A stretch of 64,000 nt of DNA. Origin: Sedimentisphaerales bacterium. Its GTDB lineage: Bacteria > Planctomycetota > Phycisphaerae > Sedimentisphaerales > Anaerobacaceae. Under the pieces are notes generated by a model. That model did not search any database and had not been told where the DNA came from. It saw only the letters and a program-made list of their open reading frames with translations. Made by a program: the position numbers and the translations under genes. The stretch is taken from contig OY970194.1 of assembly GCA_963708075.1 (NCBI GenBank), positions 6,304,001 through 6,368,000 of the forward strand, written 5' to 3'. How positions within the stretch are numbered: position 1 is the first letter of the stretch; each line of letters opens with the position of its first letter. Of this stretch, positions 31,872 through 42,396 are shown in pieces.

Positions 31872-34346
31872 ATGACAATTGACTACAGACTGGATGATCT
31901 CGGCTGGTTCGAATTTGAACAGCTCGTTCAGGCTCTCGTGAAGTCACACCTTGGTATGGGGATAGAGGCATGGGGCGGACATGGTGATTGGGGTCGCGAC
32001 GCCTATTTCGAGGGTGGCCTTCGATACCCGGCAGGCGAAGAGACTGAAGGCCCATTTGTATTTCAGTGCAAGTTCATTGAATCGGCAAATGCAGCAGGGG
32101 CAAAACCCAGGAAGCCTATTCTCAAAGCGGCGAGACAAGAGGCGGGGCGAATCAGAGAGCACCTCAAGAGTGGCAACTGGACTAGAGCACCGAGATGTTA
32201 CGCTCTATTTACTAACGCGCCATTTACACCTGCGATGCGCGACACGGCGCGCAGTGTGTTTGCCGATGTCCTTCCAGGCACAAGTGTCTTGATTCACGAC
32301 GGGAACGACATTTGTCAGTGGCTTCGGAATACCCCGCAGATTGCACGCAGCTTTCCTCAGCTACTTTCGCTTCGGGATCTCCAGGAGCTTCTGCGAGATG
32401 CAGTTCATTCAGACATCATTGCTCGCAGCGAACAAGCGATAGTTATGGCCCAGACGTACGCGCAGGCTTTCGTGCCCACGAGCGCTTACGCTTTGGCACA
32501 AGATAAACTTGCCGCCAATGGTTTTGTTGTCTTGGAAGGTCCACCGGAGATGGGAAAGACAACAATCGGGCGCATTATAGCTTTAGCTCAGATAGCCTGT
32601 GGATGGGAGGGCATCGAATGCCGCTCGCCTGCTGACATCCTGAAAATGTATCGGCGTGACCGGCGTCAAGTCTTTGTCGCTGATGATTTCTTCGGTCGAA
32701 CCGAATACGAGCCGATGCGTGTGAGCGAATGGCAAGCGGAGCTTGGATACATCCTACCGCTGCTTGGCCGCACACATTGGCTAATCTTGACGTGTCGTGC
32801 TCACCTGCTGCAAATGGCCAAGGCTAGCCTCGACATCGCAAATCAGCACAACCGGTTTCCAGAGCTTGGTGAAGTCGTCGTGAATGCGGGGAGTCTGAGT
32901 CCCTTGGAAAAGGCGCGTATTGTATATCGCCATGCAAAGGCGGTCGCTTTGGGATATTCAGCAAAAGAGGTAATAAGAACACATGCTACACAGATTGTCG
33001 GGCATCCACACTTCACACCCGAAAGAGTACGTCGGCTGATAGAAGAGCTTTCGGTGGAGTATAACGACAAACAGGGGGGATTGATAACAGAGTTGGTAGA
33101 GTCCAGAACGGGTGTTGCTCACTGCAAAGAATCTCTAGAGTTCATGACGCGACTCCAGAAGGTTCTTAGTAATCCAACACAACAGATGCGAGTTAGCTTC
33201 CGCAGACTCCCAGCCTGTCATCGCTGGCTGCTCTTCTCGCTCCTTGAAATAGACCAAAATACGAATATCTTCGAGGTAGGTTATCGTGAATTACGGGCCC
33301 GATATGATGCTTTATGTCCTGCCGAGGTTCATGAGCGATACGAACATGTACTTACTGAATTGACAGAGGCGTTTGTCCGGAAGTCGACTGGCTCATTTGG
33401 TGACAGAGTGAATTGGATCCATCCGAGTTGCCGTGATTTGAGTATCGATGAATTATCAGAGCACGCCCGCGACCGAGCACAATTCTTGGCAAATTGCGAC
33501 GAGTCTGGACTTACCCTAGCAATTTCCCTGGCAGGAGGTGCGGAAGGCCTGCGGCAATTGCCGCTTCTGCAAACAGAAAGCGATTGGAAGTGTTTCGTCA
33601 TTCACGCTCGCCAACTCGTCCAGGAGAAAGCCCACGTCTTTTGTGCGATCTGGCAAAGCTATCAGGTTATAAAGAAACAGATTGAGCCTAAGCCCGCACT
33701 GCGCGGTGCAGTTGCACGTCTGACCAAAATGATAAGAGAAGAGTTGGCGGATCTTGCTGCTTCGAAGCTGGGGCAATCAGGTTATTCTGATTTGGAATCG
33801 CTCAAAATGTTTCCTCATATCTGTGATGAGTTGCTGATCTCCCCTTCAATTGACTTCACTGGAGCGTGGGCAGATTGTGCGGAGGATGTGAAACGCTGGG
33901 TAGAGGAGCCGGACGTGATATGGGAAGATAGTAGAGTCCCGGCACGAGTTGCCACCTTTTGGAAAATCCTGAACGAATCCTTCCCCGCTTTTTTCGCAAA
34001 CGCTGATATACGACAACAGCTAAACGATATGCTCGATGCAATCCTAGATCGCACGGCGACTGACGACAATTCGTCTTACGACCCCCCGAAGGATTCAGAT
34101 GAGGCCGCAAATCGCGCAAGTGGTCTTGAGAACCAGCACAAGTCCTTTAAGAAACTCGCCGAGATTCCCATGTGGACTCAACGTCAGCAGAAAGCGTTGA
34201 GACAGTGTGCGGCTCACTTCAAAGCTGAGGCCGATTCATTATGGGAAGAGGTTCCTTCCGAGCAGGACTGCGATGACTGGAGGGATCAGCATCCCCCGTT
34301 ACCCGACGTAGACGTCAACATCGAGGGTCTCTTTTGTGACCTATGA
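31872..34346 (+). CDS. restriction-endonuclease-like domain fused to a STAND-class (nSTAND3-like) P-loop NTPase
   Basis: N-terminal EFEQLV...DWGRDA...VFQCKF (Mrr-like E/D/QxK nuclease pattern); Walker A LEGPPEMGKTT; Walker B region VFVADDFFG; ILTCR; HFTPE. Visibly more AT-rich than flanking genes. Confidence 0.8.
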   Translation: MTIDYRLDDLGWFEFEQLVQALVKSHLGMGIEAWGGHGDWGRDAYFEGGLRYPAGEETEGPFVFQCKFIESANAAGAKPRKPILKAARQEAGRIREHLKSGNWTRAPRCYALFTNAPFTPAMRDTARSVFADVLPGTSVLIHDGNDICQWLRNTPQIARSFPQLLSLRDLQELLRDAVHSDIIARSEQAIVMAQTYAQAFVPTSAYALAQDKLAANGFVVLEGPPEMGKTTIGRIIALAQIACGWEGIECRSPADILKMYRRDRRQVFVADDFFGRTEYEPMRVSEWQAELGYILPLLGRTHWLILTCRAHLLQMAKASLDIANQHNRFPELGEVVVNAGSLSPLEKARIVYRHAKAVALGYSAKEVIRTHATQIVGHPHFTPERVRRLIEELSVEYNDKQGGLITELVESRTGVAHCKESLEFMTRLQKVLSNPTQQMRVSFRRLPACHRWLLFSLLEIDQNTNIFEVGYRELRARYDALCPAEVHERYEHVLTELTEAFVRKSTGSFGDRVNWIHPSCRDLSIDELSEHARDRAQFLANCDESGLTLAISLAGGAEGLRQLPLLQTESDWKCFVIHARQLVQEKAHVFCAIWQSYQVIKKQIEPKPALRGAVARLTKMIREELADLAASKLGQSGYSDLESLKMFPHICDELLISPSIDFTGAWADCAEDVKRWVEEPDVIWEDSRVPARVATFWKILNESFPAFFANADIRQQLNDMLDAILDRTATDDNSSYDPPKDSDEAANRASGLENQHKSFKKLAEIPMWTQRQQKALRQCAAHFKAEADSLWEEVPSEQDCDDWRDQHPPLPDVDVNIEGLFCDL

Positions 34347-34376
34347 TATCACCTTACGGCGTCACTACGAGCGGGC

Positions 34377-35889
34377 TCAGATATAGACCTTGTCCATCAT
34401 TCTGGGGAAGGGGATGCACTGGCGGATGTGCTTTTCGCCGGTGATCCAGGCGACGGTTCGCTCGACGCCGAGGCCGAAGCCGCCGTGCGGGACGGAGCCG
34501 TACTTGCGCAGGTCCAGGTACCAGTCGTAGGTTTCGGGGTTGAGGCCCTGGTCTTTGATCTTGGCCAGGAGGCGGTCGTAGTCGTCCTCGCGGACGGAGC
34601 CGCCGATGATCTCGCCGAAGCCGGCGGGGGCCAGCAGGTCGAAGTTCTCCACGACCTTCTCGTTCTGGCGGTCGGTCCGCATGTAGAAGGCCTTGGCCTC
34701 GCGCGGGTAGTGCGTCACGAAGACCGGCTTGTCGTGCATCTGGGAGATGATCGTCTCGTCGGAGCCGCCGAGGTCCTTGCCCCACTCGAACTCGGCCGCA
34801 AGTTGGGCGTGCTTCGGGTTGTTCTCGATTCGCGTATTGACCTCTTCCAGGTCGCCTCGCAGCTCGATCAGCTCGGCGGCGATCTTGTCCTTCTGCCACT
34901 GCTTGATCTGGCCCGCCTGCTCCTTTTCGAGCTCGGCGATCCGGCCTTCGATCCGCTGCTTTTCGCTCTGCAGCTCGCTCAGCTCGCGGGCGAGGAACTC
35001 CTTCGCCTTCGGGCCCTTGAGAATCTCCACGGCTTGCGTGTACGTCAGGCGGTAGAAGGGCGGCGCGATTCGCTCCAGGGCCGGGATGTCCGCTCCGAGC
35101 GTCTGCAGCTCGCTGCGGTTGTCCTGCAGGACGCGGGCGGCGATGGAGGAGACGAGCCCCTCGGCCAGGTGGAGCAGGCCGTCGAGGTCGATGAACGCGA
35201 CCTCCGGCTCGACCATCCAGAACTCGGTCAGGTGCCGGCGGGTCTTGCTCTTTTCCGCGCGGAAGGTCGGGCCGAAGCAATAGACCCGGCCGTAAGCTCA
35301 TCGCCGCCGATTCCAGGTAGAGCTGGCCGGTCTGCGTCAGGTGCAGCGGCCGGCCGAAGTAGTCCACCTCGAACAGCGACGTCTGGTCCTCGCCGACGAT
35401 GGTCGTGAAGATCGGCGTATCGACGAGGATGAAGCCGTTGTCGTTGAAGTAGCGGCGGATCGCGTCGATCACGGTGTGGCGGACCTTGCCGATGGCCCAC
35501 TGCCTCTGCGAGCGCAGGTGCAGGTGGCGGTGCCTCATCAGGAATTCGACGCCGTGCGGCTTGGGCGTGATCGGATAGCCCTCGGCCGCAGCGACGACCT
35601 GGGCGCCGGTGACCGACATTTCGTAGCCGCCGACGCTTCGCTCATCGGCCCGGATCGTTCCCGTCACCGACAGCGATGACTCCTGCCCCAGCCGCTTAAG
35701 CTGCTCGAAGACCTCGTCAGGCACCTTGCCCTTCTCCACGATACACTGGCACAGCCCGGTGCCGTCGCGGATGATGAGAAACAGAATCTTGCCGCTGGCC
35801 CGGCTGTTATACAGCCAGCCGTGAAGTGTTACTTCCTGCCCGACATGATCCTTCAGTTCATTGATATAGACGTTCCTGCTCTCGGTCAT
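34377..35889 (-). CDS. asnS: asparagine--tRNA ligase; one frameshift near 35294
   Basis: [65 protein letters not shown]. Confidence 0.94.
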
Positions 35890-35927
35890 TTCTCTGGTTC
35901 CTTATTGGCATTGGGTCCAACCAACAT

Positions 35928-36002
35928 GTAGGGTGGGTTCTCAACCCACGCGGCGGTTTGCGCTTCGACTGGGTAACCGCGTGGGTCAAGGACCCACCCT
36001 AC
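35928..36002. repeat. inverted pair of GTAG-type REPs (REPIN/BIME-like)
   Basis: GTAGGGTGGGTTCTCAACCCACGCGG ... CCGCGTGGGTCAAGGACCCACCCTAC. Confidence 0.8.
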
Positions 36003-36005
36003 GAA

Positions 36006-37085
36006 TCATGGAGCCTTTATACCATATTGCGGCCAGAGGGGATAGTCGTCGGCCTTGCCTTGGTCTGATCCGTTTTCGTCAGTCCGATTTAGGCCCCTGG
36101 CGTAAAGGAGGAACGTGCCGTTGGACACTCTCCTATATACGAAGGTTCGTTCCGTGAACGGGTCGATCAGGGCCTGCTCCGGGACGAGCGTCTTGATCTC
36201 GTCGAGGCTGTCGGGCAAGCGGCTGTTCGCGTTGTAGTAGTGCTGCAGTCCCACCAGGACGCGCACACCCCGGCGGAGCGACAGCAAACGCAGATAGTAC
36301 TCCGCAATGCGTTGCTCCAGTTCCTCCTCGCGAGGAAATATGCCTAGGAACTTCTGCCCCCATTCCTCGATCCGATCCAGCGGAGCCTGTTTCGCCAGAT
36401 AGATCTTGGTGAAGATGGGCAGAGCCTCCGCCAGCGGCGCATATGCCTGCTCAAAGTCGTTGTCCAGGTCGCCTGCCATGGCCTCGGCTGTTCTAAGAAG
36501 CTCTTGCGGCGCGTCCGGGCGCATGACTGACTCGCAAAGTGTGCCCCATGCACTTGCCTCGATCTCCATGCCCGCACAGAAATCGGCCGGTGTAAGCTGC
36601 TGCCGAAGATGGCGTCCCATCTGGACCATACAGCGCAGCTTCTCGGCAGCGGCATCGATGCGGCCGTCGCCGATGTCCTTGGCGGCCGCACTGGCCAGCG
36701 CGCGGGCCCATTCTCGCATCGGGACGAAACGCGCACCATAATCCTTGGAGCCTAGCTCGGCGAGCGACAGGGGGAACCAGCAGAAGTCCATCTTTGATGC
36801 CTCGATCAGCATCCCAAAAGTGGCAGGGCCCAGGTTTGGATCGGCCGCATTCCCTGCCGGTACATAGGTGGCGGCCAATCGATCGTAGATCGTAGCGGCG
36901 TTCTTCTCAGGAGGCAGGGCGCGACGGGCATCCATCGCCGCGATCCGCTGCGCCAGCGACTTCCGAGACGGACGTGGGCCAAGAAAGACAGCCAGTGCCA
37001 ACAGGCATGCCAGGAGCACTATGCCAACAAGAACGTATCGCCTGTTGACCCATGACTTCTGCGGACTGCGATCATTCGACTTCAT
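36006..37085 (-). CDS. membrane-anchored hypothetical protein, tandem paralog 1 (GspG-like C-terminus)
   Basis: N-terminal TM segment; NAATIY; C-terminal LPDSLDEI...DPFT...FVYRR...FLLYARGLNRTDENG. Confidence 0.8.
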   Translation of the reverse strand: MKSNDRSPQKSWVNRRYVLVGIVLLACLLALAVFLGPRPSRKSLAQRIAAMDARRALPPEKNAATIYDRLAATYVPAGNAADPNLGPATFGMLIEASKMDFCWFPLSLAELGSKDYGARFVPMREWARALASAAAKDIGDGRIDAAAEKLRCMVQMGRHLRQQLTPADFCAGMEIEASAWGTLCESVMRPDAPQELLRTAEAMAGDLDNDFEQAYAPLAEALPIFTKIYLAKQAPLDRIEEWGQKFLGIFPREEELEQRIAEYYLRLLSLRRGVRVLVGLQHYYNANSRLPDSLDEIKTLVPEQALIDPFTERTFVYRRVSNGTFLLYARGLNRTDENGSDQGKADDYPLWPQYGIKAP

Positions 37086-38173
37086 GGAACCTCCTGGCCA
37101 GTTGGCTGAGGAGACGTCATACGACGCGGAAGCCAGATTTGGAAATCATCGGCCTTTTCGTGGTGCTGTCCGTTGTCATCTCGCCGGTTCGGCCCTTTCG
37201 AATAAAGAAGGAACTCGTCCGCCTCCCTTCGATAGATGAACATCTGTCCGGTGTAGGGGTCGATCAGGGCTTGCTCAGGGACGAGTGTTCGGATCTCCTC
37301 CAGGCTGTCCGGCCAGCGCCCATTCGCGTTGTGGTAGCGCCGCAGTCCCACCAGGAGGCGCGCGCCGCGGCGCTGCGACAGCAGACGCAGATAGGCCTCC
37401 TCGATCCTTTGGCCATCGCTCTTTTCCCCTCGCGATCGCCACCGGTTCTCCATCTGTTGTCGCAGAGTCCATTCTGCCGAGATGGTTCTCCAAACGAGAG
37501 GCTGGACCTCCAGAGTCAATTTCGCGACTTCTTTATAGTTGTTCTCAAGCTCCCGGGGCATCGCCTCGGCCATGCTCAGAAGTTCCTCCGAGGCGTCCGG
37601 CTGCATGACAAACTCGCCTAACGGAGTCCAAGCCCGCCCCTCGATCCCCGTGCCCGCCAGGAAGTCAGCCAGGAGGGCCTGCTGTTGAAGATGGTCTCCC
37701 ATCCGGACAAGACAAAGCAGCTTCTCGGTGGCGGCATCGATATGACCATCGGCGACATCCCGCCGGACGGCATTGACGAGCACGCCGGCCCACGCCCACA
37801 TGGGGTTAATGTGCTTCATATGGTTCATGTAGCACTGCTGGCCGGGCGACAGCGGGAACCAGCAGGATTCCACTTTCGATGCCTCGATCAGTCCTGAGAG
37901 GGCGGCGGGAGTAAGCTTTGTATCAGGTGACTCGCCTGTCAGCGTCTTTGTCGCGACGAGTTGGTCGTAGATCGTGGCGGCATTCTCCTCGGGCGCCAAG
38001 GTATGGGCAGCGTTGATCTCCGCGATGCGCTGCGCCAGCAACTCGCGGGATGGGCTGTGGCTGAAGATGAGAACCACCGCCGCGATTCCAAGGCAAGCCA
38101 GAAGAACGATACCGAGCAGGATGTATCGCCTGTTCGCCCGCAATTTCTTCAGATGCCCATGGCCTGGCTTCAT
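37082..38173 (-). CDS. membrane-anchored hypothetical protein, tandem paralog 2
   Basis: Same motifs as paralog 1 (NAATIY, CWFPLS, WPDSLEEI, LYSKGPN); 4-bp overlap with paralog 1. Confidence 0.8.
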   Translation of the reverse strand: MKPGHGHLKKLRANRRYILLGIVLLACLGIAAVVLIFSHSPSRELLAQRIAEINAAHTLAPEENAATIYDQLVATKTLTGESPDTKLTPAALSGLIEASKVESCWFPLSPGQQCYMNHMKHINPMWAWAGVLVNAVRRDVADGHIDAATEKLLCLVRMGDHLQQQALLADFLAGTGIEGRAWTPLGEFVMQPDASEELLSMAEAMPRELENNYKEVAKLTLEVQPLVWRTISAEWTLRQQMENRWRSRGEKSDGQRIEEAYLRLLSQRRGARLLVGLRRYHNANGRWPDSLEEIRTLVPEQALIDPYTGQMFIYRREADEFLLYSKGPNRRDDNGQHHEKADDFQIWLPRRMTSPQPTGQEVP

Positions 38174-38185
38174 TGTGCCTCCGGA

Positions 38186-38883
38186 CTATGACTTGCGCAG
38201 CATGACTGCTTCCAGGTTCTTGAACTGCTTTTCCTGCAGCCATTCCCAGATGCCTCGCCGGGGCCAGATTCCATAATCATCCCCGGCGGGCTCCTTTCTG
38301 CCGTTGGGTCCCGTGCTGTAGAGAAAGAACGCGTCACCGTCCGGGCGACGCAATGCAGCTTCTCCCTTGCGGCATCGAGCCGGCCCTGATCCAGATCGTC
38401 CAGGGCGGCCGCCATGATTGACCACGCCACCTGACGCATCACGCTCGTTCGCTTAAAGGTGGTGCTCCGCATCCATCTCATGGCCGCAACGGGTCCGGCG
38501 CCGTCGCAAAGTGCCGGGAAGAAGCACCGTGGCCGCGTGGCGGCCTCCAGGAGCACTCTCATACGTTCTTCCTCGCTGAACAGCAGAGAAGAAATAGTGT
38601 TGGAGTCCGTCGGCAGGCCCGCGGTAGGCACTCTCAGTTCCTTCCGCAGATAAGCCGTCAGCAGCCGGTTGTAGATCGTGGCAGCGTTCTCCTCCGGCGG
38701 CAGGACGCGGGCCGCATAGATGGCCGCGAGGCGATGCTCAACCGATCTCCGTCGCCACCCAGGGCCGAGACAGAGGACGGCAAGAATCGCCAACCCCAAA
38801 ACCACGGCCACAACGATCCATCGCCCGCGCCGAGGCCGTTTGAACCTTCCGGAGTCCCTGTTCTCTCGTGTTCGCTCCGCCAT
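38186..38883 (-). pseudogene. tandem paralog 3 with a large internal out-of-frame deletion
   Basis: The N-half (TM, NAATIY, REKLHC) joins near 38345, in another frame, directly to RRPDGDAFFLYSTGPNG. The central block present in the paralogs is absent. Confidence 0.7.
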
Positions 38884-38994
38884 GCCTGTGCTCCGAATGA
38901 CCACCTGCGGGAATAGATCATATGCGGAAAACTGGTGGCAGGAAAGTCCTTTTTGTTGCAGGCAAACCTGTCATCAAGACTTGGCGCGCGCAGG

Positions 38995-40209
38995 CTATTC
39001 GTTGGTATCTTGCTGTCCTGCTTCGGGGTCTCGGCCTCGCGAGGGCCAGATGGGCCAGTCGTCCGGGCCGTTCGGATCGTGTTGGCCGTTTTCGTCGATG
39101 CTGTTCCTGCCTTTCGAGTAGAGTGAGAATACGTCGGCCGCTGGTTTGTAGACGAACGGGCCGCAGTTGAGGGGATCGGTAAGAACCTCTTCAGGCAGCG
39201 ACGCCTTGATCTCGTTCAGGCTCGTGGGCCAGTGGCCGGTCGTGCTCCTGTATCGTTTCATCGCGATGAGGGTCCGGATCCCTCGCCCGGTCGCTATGCA
39301 ACGAAGATCCGCCTGGCGCGTCGTCTCATCGGTATCAGGCCCCTTAAGTGTCCCGAACACGGCATGATTGAAGCGGTATCGAAAGATGTGCGCACTGATG
39401 CGATCCAGGGGACCAAGGCCCTCCATCATCCTTTGTTCCTTGAGCCGGCTGACTTCCCGGATCTCCTGGATATCCCTGGCTGTACCGTCCGCTATTGGCA
39501 AGGGCATCGCTTCAAGCCTCCGGAGATGTGCGTCCGTTGGGTCGTCTTCGAGGATGAACCGGGCCATGCCCTCCAAAGCCAGTCTCTGGATGGAACTACC
39601 GACGAAGTGATCTGTAGGCACTGGTTGCTGCAAGAGGTGGTCCCCGATCCGAAGAAGGCATTGCCATTTCACCATGGCAGCGTCAAGGCGTCCCTCGGCG
39701 ATATCATTGTTCGCCGCCGCGCGTAGCAGGAATCCCCACCAACGCATTGGCGCCGCCCGATCCATGGAACTCGTGTCTCTGATATCGATGCTGATGGGGA
39801 ACCGGCATTTCTCGAATCGTGCGGCCTCCAGGAGTCTGTCGATGATATACCGGTGCTCCTTGAGCCATGCATCCGTCTCGGGCTGATCCCTGCTGAGCCA
39901 GGGCCCATGAAGCACGCGGTCAGAGAGCAGCGGCTCGCCGGCTTGAGAAGAGGCGTCTGACAACGACGTAGCCTTGGAATCGCGCAACAATTCGTTGTAG
40001 ATCATCGCCGCATTTTCGGAATCCGGGATCGCACGGGCGGCTTCTATTTCCGCGAGGCGATCATCGGCACTGTGCGACTTTGGCCAGAAGGCGGCCGCTC
40101 CAAGGATGCAGACGACGATGGCCGCAAGAGAGATAATAGCGGCGACGAGCCACACGCGTTTTCTGCGTCTGGCCTGTGGCTTGCCGGCGATTACAGGGCG
40201 ATCATCCAT
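38995..40209 (-). CDS. membrane-anchored hypothetical protein, tandem paralog 4
   Basis: TM segment; NAAMIY; CRFPIS; HWPTSLNEI...DPLN...FVYK...LYSKGRNSIDENG. Confidence 0.8.
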   Translation of the reverse strand: MDDRPVIAGKPQARRRKRVWLVAAIISLAAIVVCILGAAAFWPKSHSADDRLAEIEAARAIPDSENAAMIYNELLRDSKATSLSDASSQAGEPLLSDRVLHGPWLSRDQPETDAWLKEHRYIIDRLLEAARFEKCRFPISIDIRDTSSMDRAAPMRWWGFLLRAAANNDIAEGRLDAAMVKWQCLLRIGDHLLQQPVPTDHFVGSSIQRLALEGMARFILEDDPTDAHLRRLEAMPLPIADGTARDIQEIREVSRLKEQRMMEGLGPLDRISAHIFRYRFNHAVFGTLKGPDTDETTRQADLRCIATGRGIRTLIAMKRYRSTTGHWPTSLNEIKASLPEEVLTDPLNCGPFVYKPAADVFSLYSKGRNSIDENGQHDPNGPDDWPIWPSRGRDPEAGQQDTNE

Positions 40210-40456
40210 GGCTGCGTCTCCTATCTGAGCATACCTCAGGGACAGACGCATGGAAAGATGGTTTCTTCGAGGGAATCGCTGTCGTTTGGACGCGGTTCTC
40301 TTCGTGCCGGAGCACAGGGGTGTTGGCTATTATCGGCCCGGCTGTTGGCGTGGTGGGTGGGGGGATAGAAATCGTGTGGTTTTCCTCAATTGCCCCCGCC
40401 TCGACGCCGATAATACGGATGAAAATGGAAAATCATAGAACCTAAGGAGACCGAGT

Positions 40457-40792
40457 ATGGGGATTCAGAACTGGTCTGAGGATATCATTCTCGTCGATCT
40501 GCCGTCTGAGCCGGAGATGGGGGATGAGCTTAAGACTGTCACGGAAATGGTGCGGGACCGAGGCGATTGCGAGGTCGTCGTGGATTTCGCGAGGATCGAT
40601 ATCATCACGTCTTCGAGCCTCTCGAAGTTGTTGAAGTTGCGAAAACTGGTCGGTGACTGCGGCCACAGGCTCGTGTTCTGCAGCGTTGCCCCGGCGACAA
40701 AGGGGATTTTTACGGTCACGGGTCTTGACGGCGTCTTCGAAATCGTGGACGATAAGTTCATTGCCTTGGCCAGTCTGCAAATGGTCGGGTAG
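40457..40792 (+). CDS. STAS domain anti-sigma-factor antagonist
   Basis: VVVDFARIDIITSSSLSKLLKLRK, IFTVTGLD; AAGGAG SD. Confidence 0.88.
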   Translation: MGIQNWSEDIILVDLPSEPEMGDELKTVTEMVRDRGDCEVVVDFARIDIITSSSLSKLLKLRKLVGDCGHRLVFCSVAPATKGIFTVTGLDGVFEIVDDKFIALASLQMVG

Positions 40793-40997
40793 TTGATCCG
40801 GCCTGTCGGATGCCTGAGGCCGGACCAGTGTAGTCGCTTGGATGCAAGGGATCGGGCAAAGGCACGCATGGGTCGTGCCTGCCCGTTGCCCGTGGAGCGG
40901 GTCACGAACATCGCTCGAAGGACCGATATTCGTCATCTGCTCGCGGGATATATGGGTATCCGCTGGGATACCGTATTCGGGTGTGGTCTTTTGTCAG

Positions 40998-41712
40998 ATG
41001 GATATAGACGTTCTGCACCAGGTCGAGCAGGTTCTTGGACATGAATTCACCGATGAGGCGTTGATCGCCAAGGCCTTCACGCACTCCTCCGCGGTCGACA
41101 ACCGGCTCGAGAGCAACGAGCGGCTCGAATTCCTCGGTGATGCGGTTCTCTCCCTGGTGATTTGCCAGAGCCTGTTTGAGAAATTCCGCGAGTACCCGGA
41201 AGGCGAGCTGACGAAGATGAAGAGTATGCTGGTTTCCCGCGGGACCTGCGCGGGTGGCCCGCCGCATGGGCCTGCCGACGTACCTGTCGGTCGGTAAGGG
41301 TATGGTCTCCAGCAAGGCGTTGCCCGGGTCGCTGGCCGCCGGTTTGCTGGAGGCGGTCATCGCCGCCATCTACACCGACGGGGGATTCGAGGCGGCCCGC
41401 GGTTTCATCCTGCGCAATTTCGCCCCGCTCATCGAGCAGATGAATGCCGAGGAGGCGCACGGCAACTACAAATCCCTTTTGCAGCAGTATGCCCAGGAGC
41501 AGTTCAACGTGGCTCCGATGTACGTGCTGCTGGACGAGAAGGGTCCCGATCACAACAAATGCTTCGAGTCGGAAGTGGTGGTCGACCAGCGGCATTTTCC
41601 CAGCGCCTGGGGGGCCAACAAGAAGGAGGCGGAGCAGAAGGCCGCCTACAACGCCCTGGTGGAGCTGGGGGTCTTGAACCGGGCCGAAGTGCTGGAAGAC
41701 GGGTCGTACTAA
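40998..41712 (+). CDS. rnc: ribonuclease III; frameshift near 41253
   Basis: NERLEFLGDAVL signature, LEAVIAAIY, dsRBD NYKSLLQ...NKKEAEQKAA. Confidence 0.94.
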
Positions 41713-42002
41713 AAGGCGGATTTGTTCAAGAGGGTGGGCAGTTGGTCCGTCATGATCCAGGTCACGCCGTACAGGACCAGCGCGATCACAATGATGAATG
41801 CGAGAATCGACCCGAACAGAACCGCGGATTCTCTGATAAAAGGATACGGCCGGATCTTGTAGACCTTTGTGGCCTTGTAGACCACCACGAAGGACACCAG
41901 CAGGGGCAGCAGCCACAGCATCGATGCCGGGTTCGTATCGACGTGCATCGGAGTGGTGAAGCTCGCCAACAGCATCTCGTTGAAGGCCGTCATGTCAGTC
42001 AT
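41709..42002 (-). CDS. small membrane protein, hypothetical
   Basis: Two hydrophobic segments; overlaps the upstream gene in an operon. Confidence 0.7.
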   Translation of the reverse strand: MTDMTAFNEMLLASFTTPMHVDTNPASMLWLLPLLVSFVVVYKATKVYKIRPYPFIRESAVLFGSILAFIIVIALVLYGVTWIMTDQLPTLLNKSAF

Positions 42003-42396
42003 CCGTCCCTTCCGTCACTCGCATGTGGGCCATGTGAATCGCGTTCACGATACACAGGAGATTCAGCAGGCCGGCCGTGCTCGTGTAGATTTGCCCGATT
42101 TCATTGGGCCTGCCGTACACCGGAAAAGTCCCCGTCGCACTGAGGCGGCCGAGGAGGAAAACGACAGGGGAGTTCATGATCTGTGCGACGTACCAGGGCT
42201 TGGCGCCCACGGGATCGATGACGCCGATCGACCCGACGTACAAGCCGACCAGAAATGTCAGGATAATGGTCGCGCCGATGACGGCCGCCCGCCTGCGATC
42301 GTTCAACATGAGATGCCCCGCCCCCGGCATGAGCCACGCCAGCAGCCCGATGGTGACGAGATACAAGGCGTGATTGTCCTTCCACGACTGGGCCAT
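41995..42396 (-). CDS. membrane protein (DUF6677-like)
   Basis: LAWLMPGAGHL...GQIYTSTAGLLNLLCI. Start ATG 42396 overlaps the upstream stop. Confidence 0.7.
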   Translation of the reverse strand: MAQSWKDNHALYLVTIGLLAWLMPGAGHLMLNDRRRAAVIGATIILTFLVGLYVGSIGVIDPVGAKPWYVAQIMNSPVVFLLGRLSATGTFPVYGRPNEIGQIYTSTAGLLNLLCIVNAIHMAHMRVTEGTDD

